Positions 47,598 to 58,038 of a stretch of DNA of 64,000 nt are shown one piece after another. The stretch lies in NCBI GenBank assembly GCA_025458675.1, contig JALORY010000001.1:11565-75564 (forward strand), read 5' to 3'. The position numbers and the translations under genes are program-made. Below the pieces are notes generated by a model. It had not been told where the DNA came from and made no database searches. It saw nothing but the letters and a program-made list of their open reading frames with translations. The DNA comes from Gammaproteobacteria bacterium (GTDB lineage: Bacteria > Pseudomonadota > Gammaproteobacteria > Chromatiales > Chromatiaceae). The first letter of the stretch is position 1. Each line of letters opens with the position of its first letter.

Positions 47598-48932
47598 CTA
47601 GATTCCATAGGCCATTCTCAGGAGGGTGATGGGGTGCTTCGGGTGGCTGCCGTCGGCGAGGCCGTTCGCGATCTGGTGGCCGGCCATGGCGCAGTCGGCG
47701 CAGTAGTGGTCGGCGCCGAACTGCCTGACCTTGTTCGCGACGGGCCTGCCGATCTTCATCGAGATCTCGTGGTACTCCTTCTTCACCGCGTAGGTTCCGT
47801 CGTGCCCCGAGCAGCGTTCGATCACGTCGACCTGCGTGCCGGGGACGAGCTGCAGCGCGTCGCGGGTCTTGTTGCCGATGCGCTGCACGCGCTGGTGACA
47901 GGACGCCTGGTACGACACCTTGCCCAGCGGCTTGGCGAAGTCGGTGCGCAGTTTGCCGTCCTTGTGCCGCAGCATCAGGTACTCGAACGGGTCGTAGATG
48001 GCGTCGCGCACCTTGGCCACCTCCGGGTCGTCCGGAAACATGAGCGGCAGCTCCTGCTTGAACATCAGCACGCACGACGGAACGACGCCGACGATGTCCC
48101 AGCCCTCGTCGACCATCTTCGCGAGGACGGGGATGTTCTCCTCCTTCGCCGCAGCCACGGCCTCGAGGTCGCCGAGCTCCAGCTTCGGCATGCCGCAGCA
48201 GCGCTCCTTCGGGGCGATGGTCACCGGGATGCCGTTGTGCTCGAACACCGCGACGAGGTCCTCGCCGATCTGCGGCTCGTTGCGGTTGCCGTAGCAGGTG
48301 GCGAACAGAGCCACCCTGCCCCGCGTCGGTCCCGCGGCGACCGCGCCGTCGCCCGACTTGGGCGCGATGCGGCTGCGCATCGGACGGCTGTGGAACTTCG
48401 GCAGCGCCGCGTTGGCGTGCACGCCGAAGAACCGCTCGAGCTGCGCACGAAACGCCGGCACCGTGTTCATCTTGTTGACGACCTGCGACACGACCGGGAT
48501 CCCGGCGATCCTGCCGACCATGTCGGTGCTGCTCAGCACGCGGTCGCGCAGGCTCGCCCCTTCCTTCTTGTACTTGACGGCCTTCGCCTGAAGCATGAGG
48601 TGCGGGAAGTCGAGGTTCCACTCGTGCGGCGGCACGTAGGGGCACTTGGTCAGGAAGCACAGGTCGCAGAGGTAGCAGTGCTCCACGACCTTCCAGTAGT
48701 CGTCCTTCTTGACGCCGTCCATCTCCATCGAGTCAGACGAGTCGATCAGATCGAACAGCGCAGGGAAGGAGTTGCAGAGGCTGACGCAGCGGCGGCAGCC
48801 GTGGCAGATCTCGAACACCCGCTCCATCTCGGCGAGGACCTTGGCCTCGTCGTAGTAGGCGGGATTCTTCCAGTCGATCGGATGGCGGGTCGGGGCCTCG
48901 AGGCTCCCTTCCCGAGTGGACGTGCCGGCCAT
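47598..48932 (-). CDS. HdrD/GlpC-like (Fe-S)-binding oxidoreductase with CCG domains
   Basis: C-terminal 444 aa of ORF 47598..49148, from MAGTSTREG. Ferredoxin-type motifs CHGCRRCVSLC and CYLCDLCFLTKCP. CCG motif KERCCGMP. Confidence 0.82.
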   Translation of the reverse strand: MAGTSTREGSLEAPTRHPIDWKNPAYYDEAKVLAEMERVFEICHGCRRCVSLCNSFPALFDLIDSSDSMEMDGVKKDDYWKVVEHCYLCDLCFLTKCPYVPPHEWNLDFPHLMLQAKAVKYKKEGASLRDRVLSSTDMVGRIAGIPVVSQVVNKMNTVPAFRAQLERFFGVHANAALPKFHSRPMRSRIAPKSGDGAVAAGPTRGRVALFATCYGNRNEPQIGEDLVAVFEHNGIPVTIAPKERCCGMPKLELGDLEAVAAAKEENIPVLAKMVDEGWDIVGVVPSCVLMFKQELPLMFPDDPEVAKVRDAIYDPFEYLMLRHKDGKLRTDFAKPLGKVSYQASCHQRVQRIGNKTRDALQLVPGTQVDVIERCSGHDGTYAVKKEYHEISMKIGRPVANKVRQFGADHYCADCAMAGHQIANGLADGSHPKHPITLLRMAYGI

Positions 48933-49041
48933 AGCGCACCTCTGCTGGCGTTTGCGGGTGCAGGCGGCCGACCGCGAGGGCGACTCGCCTGCGTCGGTTG
49001 GCGGCCCGCGGGGCGGCAACGTGCCGCCCCGCCGGCGTGGA

Positions 49042-49461
49042 TCAGCCCTCGAGCGAGTCGAGCGCCTTCTGGAAGCGGTTGGCGTGCGAGCGCTCGGCCT
49101 TCGCCAGCGTCTCGAACCAATCTGCGATCTCGTCGAAGCCTTCGTCACGGGCGGTCTTCGCCATGCCCGGGTACATATCGGTGTACTCGTGCGTCTCGCC
49201 GGCGATCGATGCCTTCAGGTTGTCGGAGGTGGAACCGATCGGCAGTCCGGTCGCCGGGTCGCCGACCTGCTCGAGGTACTCGAGGTGGCCGTGCGCGTGG
49301 CCGGTCTCACCCTCTGCCGTCGAGCGGAACACCGCGGCGACGTCGTTGTAGCCCTCGACGTCGGCCTTCGCAGCGAAGTACAGGTAACGGCGGTTCGCCT
49401 GGGACTCGCCCGCGAACGCCTCTTTCAGGCTGTGCTCGGTCTTGCTGCCCTTGAGTGCCAT
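49042..49461 (-). CDS. Rubrerythrin (erythrin-type, di-iron four-helix bundle, no rubredoxin domain)
   Basis: Inside ORF 49042..49923. [30 protein letters not shown]...[10 protein letters not shown]...GETHEYT...ERSHANRF (ExxH motifs). SD GGAGGAAAG. Confidence 0.9.
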   Translation of the reverse strand: MALKGSKTEHSLKEAFAGESQANRRYLYFAAKADVEGYNDVAAVFRSTAEGETGHAHGHLEYLEQVGDPATGLPIGSTSDNLKASIAGETHEYTDMYPGMAKTARDEGFDEIADWFETLAKAERSHANRFQKALDSLEG

Positions 49462-49550
49462 GATCTTTCCTCCGTGGCTCGGTGAGCTGCAGTGCCGGAC
49501 CACCCGGCACGTGGCGCGCCAACGATAGGCTGACACGCCGAGTTGGCGAA

Positions 49551-49587
49551 ATTGTTTCTGCTTATGCCGCGGATAGCGAAAAACTAA
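49551..49587. promoter_or_regulatory. OxyR-type operator upstream of rubrerythrin
   Basis: Read directly: ATTG-N7-TTAT-N7-ATAG-N7-CTAA, against the OxyR consensus ATAG-N7-CTAT-N7-ATAG-N7-CTAT (13 of 16 positions). Lies about 90 nt upstream of the rubrerythrin ATG and overlaps the last codons of oxyR. Confidence 0.5.
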
Positions 49588-50543
49588 TCGCCCTCCCCGT
49601 CGCGCACCCCCCGCGACGCCCCGGCGGCCCGGATGCAGCTGATCTGGCAGCCCTGGATCGCGAGGCGCAGCGCGTCGATCGCACGTGGCCGGGGGAAGCT
49701 CTTGCGCCAGGCCAGCGCTACCCGCCGCACGGGCGCCTCGCCGGCGAAGCGCCGGATCGTGAGCAGCCGCTCCGTGAAGCGGTCGGCCCCGGCGGCGGTG
49801 CAGGGCAGCACGGTCACGCCGAGTCCGCCGGCGACCATGTAGCGGATCGTCTCGAGCGAACCGCCTTCGATCGACTGCGGCAGCCGCGCGTCCGGCCGCG
49901 GCTTGCGCAGGCAGTCCGGGCACACGTCGAGCACCTGCTCGCGGAAGCAGTGCCCGGCGCCGAGCAGCAGCACGTTCTCCGCCCGCAGGTCGTCGATGCC
50001 GATCTCCTCATTGAGCGTGAGCGGGTGCGCGCTCGGCAGCAGGACCACGAAGGGCTCGTCGTATACGGGCAGGGTGAGGATCCCCGGCTCGTCGAAGGGC
50101 AGCGAGATGACGATCACGTCCAGATCGCCCCGGCGCAGCCGATCCGCGAGCACCGCGGTGAAGTTCTCCTCGATCACCAGCGGCATCTGCGGCGCCCGGT
50201 CCGCGAGCAGCGGGACGAGGTGCGGCAGGAGGTAGGGGCCGATGGTGTAGATGGCGCCGAGCCGCAGCGGTCCCGCGAGCTGATCCTGGCCCTGGCGGGC
50301 CACCTGCTTGATCGCGCTGGCCTCCTCGAGGACGCGCTGCGCCTGGCTCACGACCATCTCGCCGGCGGGCGTCATCGTGACGTCGCCGTGACCGCGTTCG
50401 AAAAGGCTCACGCCGAGCTCGGTCTCCAGCTTCTTGACGGCCACGCTCAAGGTCGGCTGGCTGACGAAGCAGGCATCGGCCGCGCGCCCGAAGTGGCGCT
50501 CGCGTGCCACCGCGACGATGTAGCGGAGCTCGTTGAGGGTCAT
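49584..50543 (-). CDS. oxyR: Hydrogen peroxide-inducible genes activator OxyR (LysR family)
   Basis: ORF 49584..50585 trimmed to MTLNELRYIVAVARERHFGRAADACFVSQPTLS. Redox Cys pair context: GAGHCFREQVLDVCPD. Confidence 0.88.
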   Translation of the reverse strand: MTLNELRYIVAVARERHFGRAADACFVSQPTLSVAVKKLETELGVSLFERGHGDVTMTPAGEMVVSQAQRVLEEASAIKQVARQGQDQLAGPLRLGAIYTIGPYLLPHLVPLLADRAPQMPLVIEENFTAVLADRLRRGDLDVIVISLPFDEPGILTLPVYDEPFVVLLPSAHPLTLNEEIGIDDLRAENVLLLGAGHCFREQVLDVCPDCLRKPRPDARLPQSIEGGSLETIRYMVAGGLGVTVLPCTAAGADRFTERLLTIRRFAGEAPVRRVALAWRKSFPRPRAIDALRLAIQGCQISCIRAAGASRGVRDGEGD

Positions 50544-50639
50544 GCCGGTCTCCGGTACGGGGGCGCAAAAGGCGAAACCGATCACGCCACCGAGGAAAGG
50601 CGCCGATCGGTGGGCGCCACTCGATTACTATACCCAATC

Positions 50640-51500
50640 ATGCCCGCCCGGCCCCCCGTCATCGAGCCGCCCGCGGCTCCCCGCGCCCGCGGCGTCTTCG
50701 CCGGCCTGCCCCCGGGCACCGTGCGGCTGATCCAGATCACGGACCCGCACCTGTACGCCGATCCCGCCGCGACGCTGCTGGGCATCGACACGCTGGCGTC
50801 GCTCGACGCGGTGCTGCGGCTGATCCGCGAGGAAGCGCTGCCGGCGGACGCCCTGCTGGCGACCGGCGACCTCGTGCACGATGGCTCCGCGGCGGGCTAC
50901 GCGCGCCTGCGCGAGCGGCTCGCGGCGACCGTCCGCCCGGCGTACGCGCTGCCCGGCAACCACGACGACCCGGCGGCCATGGCGGCGGCCCTGCGGGAAC
51001 CGCCCGTCACGGCCTGCCGGCACGTCCGCTTCGGCGACTGGTCGCTCGTGCTGCTCGACTCGACCACCCCGGGGGAGGACGGCGGCTTCCTGACGGCGGG
51101 GGAGCTCGCCGCCCTCGACGAACACCTGCGGACCGGCGCGCGACACGCGGTGGTCTGCCTGCACCACCCGCCACTGCCGATCGGCAGCGCCTGGCTCGAC
51201 GACATGGCGCTGGCCAACGCCGACGCGCTCTTCGCGATCGTCGACCGCCACCCGTCGGTCCGCGGCGTCGTGTTCGGCCACATCCACCAGCCCTTCGACG
51301 CCACGCGCGGCGGCGTGCGCCTGCTGGGCACGCCCTCGACCTGCGTGCAGTTCGCCGAGGTGCGCCCGCGCTTCGGGGTCGACACGCAGCCCGCGGGCTA
51401 CCGCTGGCTGGGCCTGCTGCCCGACGGCGGAATCGCGACCGGCGTCAGGCGCCTGCCCGCCCCGGCCAGCGCGGTGCAGCTGGACGCCGCCGGATACTGA
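50640..51500 (+). CDS. cpdA: 3',5'-cyclic-nucleotide phosphodiesterase CpdA-like metallophosphoesterase
   Basis: Inside ORF 49482..51500. ATG at 50640. IQITDPHL...ATGDLVHDG...LPGNHDD...CLHHPP...FGHIH. Confidence 0.8.
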   Translation: MPARPPVIEPPAAPRARGVFAGLPPGTVRLIQITDPHLYADPAATLLGIDTLASLDAVLRLIREEALPADALLATGDLVHDGSAAGYARLRERLAATVRPAYALPGNHDDPAAMAAALREPPVTACRHVRFGDWSLVLLDSTTPGEDGGFLTAGELAALDEHLRTGARHAVVCLHHPPLPIGSAWLDDMALANADALFAIVDRHPSVRGVVFGHIHQPFDATRGGVRLLGTPSTCVQFAEVRPRFGVDTQPAGYRWLGLLPDGGIATGVRRLPAPASAVQLDAAGY

Positions 51501-51509
51501 GCCACGGCC

Positions 51510-51782
51510 TCAGCCCGTGACGAAGCCGGACAGCCCGGGCGGCCGCGGGATGGGCTCGCACTCGACGTCTGCCACGAGCGCGAGGTCGGGGCCGCGCCAG
51601 AGCCAGGCGCGCAGCGCGTCGACCGCCGCCTGCGGACCCGCCGCCAGCACCTCGACCCGGCCGTCGCGCAGATTGACCGCCCACCCCTCCACGCCGAGCC
51701 GGCGCGCCTGATCGCGGGTCGCGCCACGAAACCAGACCCCCTGGACCTTGCCCGACACCAGGCACCGCACGCAGACCGTCAT
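51510..51782 (-). CDS. Acylphosphatase
   Basis: C-terminal 90 aa of ORF 51510..52286. VSGKVQGVWFRGATRDQARRLGVEGWAVNLRDGRVE. Confidence 0.88.
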   Translation of the reverse strand: MTVCVRCLVSGKVQGVWFRGATRDQARRLGVEGWAVNLRDGRVEVLAAGPQAAVDALRAWLWRGPDLALVADVECEPIPRPPGLSGFVTG

Positions 51783-51941
51783 CGCTCCTCCCCCTTCGGC
51801 CTGGATTTTCGGCGCAGCCCGCCGCCACCGACAAGCAGGCAGGAAATGCCGGAACGGTCGTGTAAAGTACGTAGCCGCCCGCGCGGCGGCAGCTCGTAGG
51901 GCATCACGGGGCGCGAGACGGCAGATCGGACAGCTCGAGAC

Positions 51942-53534
51942 GTGAACGACGCGGCTCCCCACCCCGGCCCTCGCCTCACCGTGCCCAGCGCGGGCCGGAG
52001 CCTGCCCCCCGAAGCGATCGCCGACCCCGCGGCGCTGAGCGCCGAGGCGGTGACCCGCCTGCTGCTCGACCCCACCGCGGCGGCTGGCTGGCTCGCGCAA
52101 CAGCTCGCCCTCCTCAATCGGGCGCCGCTCGCGCCGGCGCGGCGCGAGGCCCTCGCGACCGCGATCGAGTCGCCCCTCGCCACGCTGCGGGACGTCGCCC
52201 AGACGCTGTCCTCCACCCTCGGCCCGTCGGCGCAGCTCGAGCGGCGCCCCTTCTTCGAGGCGATGGCGCGGCTCGCCACCGAGCACGCCTACGCCTGGAA
52301 GCTGACGCTCACCGACGCCGAGGGCACGGTCACGGCCACCGGGACGAAGGGGACGGCGTCACTCGCCAACGCCTTGCGGGCGCTCGAGCTCGAGGCGCTG
52401 CTGTCCTACGCGCTGTACCGATCGCTGCCGCCGCGGACGTGGCGCGAGGCGAACGAGATCGCCCGCCTCGCGGCGGCCCTCGGCTGTGCGGACGTGCCGG
52501 TGAACGTCGCCGACAGCGACGGCGCGCCGGGTCCGCAGACGATCGGCGGACTGTTCCTGCGGCTGCTGCTGACGCACCTGCTGCTGCCGCAGCGGCTGCC
52601 GCGCGGCGGGGTGTGGCTTGCGCACCGCTATCTCGAGCGGCACGCGGCACTCGGGCAGTTCGTCCCCGCGCGGCGCGACGCGGCGGGCGAGTTCCACCTG
52701 AGCGTCGACCTCGACGGGGCCATGCCGCGGGTGATCTCCTCCGAGACGCCGCACGAGCTCGAATCCCCGGCGGCGCGCCACATCCTGCTCACCCGGCTGT
52801 TCGCGCGGGTGCGCGGCGAGTTCGCTCTGCTCGAGCAGGGCACCCAGCCGCCGGGCCTCGACGACGTGCCGCTGGAGCTCGCGCGACAGGTCCTGCGGAG
52901 CATGCTGGTCGCCTGGTACCTGCGCCCCCCGCGGCAGGCCAAGCGCGAGACGGCGGCCGGCTGGCTGAACGCGGTGGTGGGCTTCGAGCAGGTCGCGGGC
53001 GCGGCACCGCCCGGCGCTGCCGGGACGGAAGGCGGCCCCGACCCGGTGCGCTGCTTCCAGCTCGACCAGAGCAGCAACGGCGTCGCCATCGAGTTCCGCG
53101 GCCAGTGGTCCGGCACGGTCCAGATTGGCCAGCTCCTGCTGCTGCAGCGCAAGGAGAACGATCTGCTCGCGATGCCGGAGCGCTTCGTCGCGGTCATCCG
53201 GCGCTTCGTGCTGCGTCCCGGCGACGTGCTGATGGCCGGCCTGCAACGGCTGCCGGGGCGGCCCGTGCCGGTGGACGTGCGCGACCCGAACGACCGCCTG
53301 CCGGGCCAGCGGGGGCTGCTGTTGCGGCGCGCGGGCCCCGGCAGGCTCGTGATCCTGCTGCCGACCGGCAGCTTCCAGCGCAATGCCGAGTACGCGATCG
53401 CCGGCGCGGAGGGCGACCTCGTGGCGCTGGCCGACAAGCTGCTGGAGCGTACCGAATTCTTCGACCGCATCGAGCTCTCGGCCGCCGAGCGGCTCACCGG
53501 CTCTCTTCCCCCCGCGGTGGTCGCCGCCCCCTAG
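51942..53534 (+). CDS. Hypothetical 530-aa protein with a C-terminal PilZ-like region
   Basis: ORF 51942..53534 (GTG start). RQAKR (RxxxR-like) followed by DQSSNG (DxSxxG). The spacing is longer than typical, so the PilZ call is tentative. Confidence 0.5.
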   Translation: MNDAAPHPGPRLTVPSAGRSLPPEAIADPAALSAEAVTRLLLDPTAAAGWLAQQLALLNRAPLAPARREALATAIESPLATLRDVAQTLSSTLGPSAQLERRPFFEAMARLATEHAYAWKLTLTDAEGTVTATGTKGTASLANALRALELEALLSYALYRSLPPRTWREANEIARLAAALGCADVPVNVADSDGAPGPQTIGGLFLRLLLTHLLLPQRLPRGGVWLAHRYLERHAALGQFVPARRDAAGEFHLSVDLDGAMPRVISSETPHELESPAARHILLTRLFARVRGEFALLEQGTQPPGLDDVPLELARQVLRSMLVAWYLRPPRQAKRETAAGWLNAVVGFEQVAGAAPPGAAGTEGGPDPVRCFQLDQSSNGVAIEFRGQWSGTVQIGQLLLLQRKENDLLAMPERFVAVIRRFVLRPGDVLMAGLQRLPGRPVPVDVRDPNDRLPGQRGLLLRRAGPGRLVILLPTGSFQRNAEYAIAGAEGDLVALADKLLERTEFFDRIELSAAERLTGSLPPAVVAAP

Positions 53535-53564
53535 CGCCGCAGCCGGCCGCGGGCCGTCTGCTAA

Positions 53565-54260
<696 letters not shown>

Positions 54261-54283
54261 CCCACACGCGGGACCCGCCGCGG

Positions 54284-54994
54284 ATGGCCGCGCAGCTCCC
54301 CCTGCAGATCGCCCTGCGGCCGGCCGCGCGGCTCGACGGCTTCGTCGCCGGCAGCAGCGGCGAGGCCCTGCACGCGGTCACGGCGATGGCGCGGGGCACG
54401 GGCGAGCGGTTTCTCTTCCTGCACGGCCCGGCCGGCACCGGCAAGACCCATCTCCTCGCCGGCGCCTGCAACCTGGCCGCGTCGCACGGCCTGCGCTGCG
54501 CCTTCCTGCCGCTGGCGGAGGCGATGGCGCTGTCCCCCGAGGCGCTCGACGGCCTCGAGGCGTTCGACCTCGTCTGCCTGGACGACGTGGACCGGGTGGC
54601 ATCCGATCCGGCGTGGGAGCGGGCCCTCTTCATCTTCTACAACGCCCTGCGGGAGCGGCCGGGGCGCCTCGTCGCGGCCGCGGCGGTGCCGCCCTCGGCC
54701 CTGCCGCTGCGGCTGCCGGACCTGAGCTCGCGGTTGGCGTGGGGCCTGACGCTGGCCGTGCAGCCCCTGGTCGGCGACGCACTCGCCCAGGCGCTGCGCA
54801 CCGCGGCGGCCGCGCGCGGCCTCGACCTCGGCGCCGAGGTCGCCGCCTACCTGCTGCGCCGCTTCCCCCGCAACCTGCCCGCGCTGCTCGCGCTGCTCGA
54901 GCGGCTCGACGACGCCTCGCTCGCCGCCAAGCGTCCCCTCACGGTGCCCTTCGTGCGGTCGATCCTCCGGGACGGCGCGCGTGCCGACCCGTGA
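54284..54994 (+). CDS. hda: DnaA regulatory inactivator Hda
   Basis: Inside ORF 52439..54994. MAAQLPLQIAL...FLFLHGPAGTGKTHLL...LDDVD... The wrbA-hda and DUF2066/purMN neighbourhood is as in Pseudomonas. Confidence 0.88.
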   Translation: MAAQLPLQIALRPAARLDGFVAGSSGEALHAVTAMARGTGERFLFLHGPAGTGKTHLLAGACNLAASHGLRCAFLPLAEAMALSPEALDGLEAFDLVCLDDVDRVASDPAWERALFIFYNALRERPGRLVAAAAVPPSALPLRLPDLSSRLAWGLTLAVQPLVGDALAQALRTAAAARGLDLGAEVAAYLLRRFPRNLPALLALLERLDDASLAAKRPLTVPFVRSILRDGARADP

Positions 54995-55004
54995 CGACGT
55001 CGGC

Positions 55005-55559
55005 TCAGCCGGCGCGCGGGTGACTCAGCGCGCGGCGACCCCACTCGACGACGTAGGCGACGCCGCTCGAGGCGGTGGTGGCGGCGACGATCCAGACCAC
55101 CACGTCGATCATGCCCGCCGGAAACCCCGCGCCCGCCTGGTGAGCGACCGCGAGCAGCACCAGCACGATCTGCATGAGGGTGTTCGCCTTGCTGAGGAGA
55201 ATCGGCTCGGCCTCCACCGGTGCGATGCGGAAGTGGTAGATGGCGGCGCCCGTGACGATCACGAGGTCGCGCAGGATGACCAGGGCGACGAGCCACCCCG
55301 GCAGCACGTCGAGCCAGCCGAGGCAGAGGAAGCTCACCACCAGCAGCAGCTTGTCCGCGATCGGGTCGAGCAGGCCGCCGAGCGCCGTCTGCCAGCCGAA
55401 GCGCTTGGCGAGTTGGCCGTCGAGCGCGTCGGAGAGTCCTGCGACGAGGAACAGCGCGAAGGCCGCGCCGTAGCGCCCGTCGAGCAGGAGCCACGCCGTC
55501 GGCGCGACGAGCAGCATGCGGACGACGGTGATCGCGTTGGGGATCTGCTCCGCTCTCAC
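55005..55559 (-). CDS. CDP-alcohol phosphatidyltransferase family protein
   Basis: ORF 55005..55559 (GTG start, in a GTGA overlap with the DUF2066 stop). IPNAITVVRMLL...GLSDALDGQLAKRF...GGLLDPIADKLL (D-G-x2-A-R...D-x3-D motif). Confidence 0.85.
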   Translation of the reverse strand: MRAEQIPNAITVVRMLLVAPTAWLLLDGRYGAAFALFLVAGLSDALDGQLAKRFGWQTALGGLLDPIADKLLLVVSFLCLGWLDVLPGWLVALVILRDLVIVTGAAIYHFRIAPVEAEPILLSKANTLMQIVLVLLAVAHQAGAGFPAGMIDVVVWIVAATTASSGVAYVVEWGRRALSHPRAG

Positions 55560-56227
55560 GGGCGCGCACGGTACGAGAGCCGCACGGCTCCCGGCCAGGC
55601 GCCGGGGGCCGCGGCCGTGTCCGGGGCGAGCGTCTCGCCCGCGCGGACGCCGCGGTCGAGCTCGTCGGCCCCGCCGCGGACGTCGACGTCGAGCACGAGG
55701 GCGTCGCCGCGGGCCGCCCGCACGGTGACGCGCTCGACGCCGGGCAGGCCCTGGAACTGCCGCACGACCCGCGCGTAGGTGGCGAGCGAGTCCACCCCTC
55801 GGACCTGCACCCGCACGCGGTCGGCGCTGCCCGAGAGCGGCCGGGGAGCGGCGTCCGGCGCCCGCGGCGCCTCTTCCTTGACCGCGAAGCCGCCGTCGCG
55901 CAGCACCGCATCCACGGCCGCCGGATCGAACGCCACGCGCAGCAGCCGGCCCGCCCCGCCGTCCGCCGGCCGGTACTGGTACTCGGCGACGAGGCTTCCC
56001 GGGTCCTTCACCTGGCGTGCCGCGCCGGCGGCGCGGGGATCGCCGCTCACCCGGACGAGCACGTCGCGCAGGGCGCGGCCGACGGCCTCGCTGCGCTGCG
56101 CCGCTTCCTCGCCGGCGACAGGGACCTCCGCCGCATAGGCGCTCCCGACTTCCGCGGCCAGCGCGGGTTGGGCGAGCGTGCCGACCACGGCGAAGACGAC
56201 GAGCAGGGCGCGTAGGGACTGAGACAT
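55556..56227 (-). CDS. DUF2066 family exported protein
   Basis: C-terminal 223 aa of ORF 55556..57643, from MSQSLRALLVVFAVVGTLAQPALA. Divergent from purM, as in pseudomonads. Confidence 0.65.
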   Translation of the reverse strand: MSQSLRALLVVFAVVGTLAQPALAAEVGSAYAAEVPVAGEEAAQRSEAVGRALRDVLVRVSGDPRAAGAARQVKDPGSLVAEYQYRPADGGAGRLLRVAFDPAAVDAVLRDGGFAVKEEAPRAPDAAPRPLSGSADRVRVQVRGVDSLATYARVVRQFQGLPGVERVTVRAARGDALVLDVDVRGGADELDRGVRAGETLAPDTAAAPGAWPGAVRLSYRARP

Positions 56228-56323
56228 GGCGGCGCAGGTGGCTGAGAATCGGGCGGATTCTAGCCCGCGGCCCAGGGGAAACAAGTAGAATCGCGCTCGC
56301 CGCGTCCAGCGCAGGAGCACGCC

Positions 56324-57376
56324 GTGGATCACAGCCGACCTTCCCTGTCCTACCGTGACGCCGGGGTGGACATCGACGCGGGCAATCGCCTCGTGGACCG
56401 CATCAAGCCGCTCGCCCAGGCGACCTTCCGCCCGGGCGTGCTCACCGGCCTCGGCGGGTTCGGCGCGTTGTTCGAGCTCCCGCTCGACCGCTACCGCCAC
56501 CCGGTCCTGGTGTCCGGCACGGACGGCGTCGGGACCAAGCTCAAGCTGGCGCAGGAGCTGGACCGCCACGACACCATCGGCATCGATCTCGTGGCGATGT
56601 GCGCGAACGACGTCGCAGTCACCGGCGCCGACCCGCTGTTCTTCCTCGACTACTACGCCTGCGGCCGGCTCGACGTCGACCGGGCGGCCACGGTGATCGC
56701 CGGCATCGCCAAGGGGTGCGAGCTCGCGGGCTGTGCGCTGACCGGCGGCGAGACGGCCGAGATGCCGGGCATGTACGCGGCGGACGACTATGACCTCGCC
56801 GGCTTCTGCGTCGGGATCGTCGAGCGGGACCGGCTGATCCGCCCCGAGCACGTGCGCCCGGGCGACGTCCTGCTCGGTCTCGCCTCCTCCGGCCCGCACA
56901 GCAACGGCTACTCGCTGGTGCGGCGCGTCCTGCAGGTGACCGGCGCGGCGCTCGACGCGCCCGTCGACGGCCGCACGCTCGGTGACGCCCTGCTCGCGCC
57001 CACCCGGATCTACGTGAAGCCGCTGCTCGCGCTCGCTCGGGAAGTGCAGGTGCGCGCGCTCGCGCACATCACGGGCGGCGGCCTGCTCGAGAACGTGCCG
57101 CGCGTGCTGCCCGAGGGCTGCGAGGCGGTGATCGATCTCGCCGCGTGGGAGCGCCCGGCGGTGTTCCGTTGGCTGCAGGACGCAGGCGGCATCGGCGAGA
57201 CGGAGATGTTGCGCACCTTCAATTGCGGCGTCGGTATGGTGGTCTGCGTCGCCGAGGCGGATGCCGACCGCGCGGCGGCGCTGCTCGAAGGACACGGCGA
57301 GACCGTGCACCGCCTCGGCTGGATTGCGGCCGCGGGCGGGGCGCCCCGGGTGCGGGTGCCGGGCATCGTCGAATGA
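56324..57376 (+). CDS. purM: Phosphoribosylformylglycinamidine cyclo-ligase
   Basis: ORF 56324..57376 (GTG start). [13 protein letters not shown]...[13 protein letters not shown]... Confidence 0.96.
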   Translation: MDHSRPSLSYRDAGVDIDAGNRLVDRIKPLAQATFRPGVLTGLGGFGALFELPLDRYRHPVLVSGTDGVGTKLKLAQELDRHDTIGIDLVAMCANDVAVTGADPLFFLDYYACGRLDVDRAATVIAGIAKGCELAGCALTGGETAEMPGMYAADDYDLAGFCVGIVERDRLIRPEHVRPGDVLLGLASSGPHSNGYSLVRRVLQVTGAALDAPVDGRTLGDALLAPTRIYVKPLLALAREVQVRALAHITGGGLLENVPRVLPEGCEAVIDLAAWERPAVFRWLQDAGGIGETEMLRTFNCGVGMVVCVAEADADRAAALLEGHGETVHRLGWIAAAGGAPRVRVPGIVE

Positions 57377-58038
57377 GCGCAGGCGCACGCCTGCCCGTGG
57401 TCGTGCTGATCTCCGGCGGCGGCACGAACCTCCAGGCCCTGATCGACGCGCAGCGGGCCGACGACTGTCCCTACGCCGTCGCGGCGGTGGTGAGCAACCG
57501 CCCGGACGCGTTCGGTCTCGAGCGCGCGGCTCGCGCCGGGATCCCGACCGAGACCGTCGACCACACCCGCTTCCCGGACCGCGCGCCCTTCGAAGACGCC
57601 CTGGCAGCAGCCGTCGACCGCCACGCCCCGGGGCTCGTCGCATTGGCCGGCTTCATGCGAATCCTCACGCCGGCCTTCGTCGCGCGCTACCGCGGCAGGA
57701 TGCTCAACATCCACCCCTCGCTGCTCCCGCGTTTCCGCGGCCTTCACACCCACCGGCGCGCGCTGGAGGCGGGAGAGATGGTCCACGGCGCGACCGTGCA
57801 CTTCGTCACGGAGGAACTGGACGGCGGGCCGCGCATCCTCCAGGCGCAGGTGCCGGTGCACCCGGACGACACGCCCGAGGTGCTGGCGGCCCGCGTGCTG
57901 GCGCGCGAGCACCGCATCTACCCCCTCGTCGTGCGCTGGTTCGCGGCGGGACGGCTGCGGCTCGGAGCCGCCGGCGCGGAGCTCGACGGCGCCACGCTGA
58001 CGGAGCCGCTGCAGCTCGACGCCCTTCCCGACGCATGA
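57373..58038 (+). CDS. purN: Phosphoribosylglycinamide formyltransferase
   Basis: Inside ORF 57145..58038. ATGA overlap with pur[18 protein letters not shown]...NIHPSLLP...[15 protein letters not shown]. Confidence 0.95.
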   Translation: MSAGARLPVVVLISGGGTNLQALIDAQRADDCPYAVAAVVSNRPDAFGLERAARAGIPTETVDHTRFPDRAPFEDALAAAVDRHAPGLVALAGFMRILTPAFVARYRGRMLNIHPSLLPRFRGLHTHRRALEAGEMVHGATVHFVTEELDGGPRILQAQVPVHPDDTPEVLAARVLAREHRIYPLVVRWFAAGRLRLGAAGAELDGATLTEPLQLDALPDA

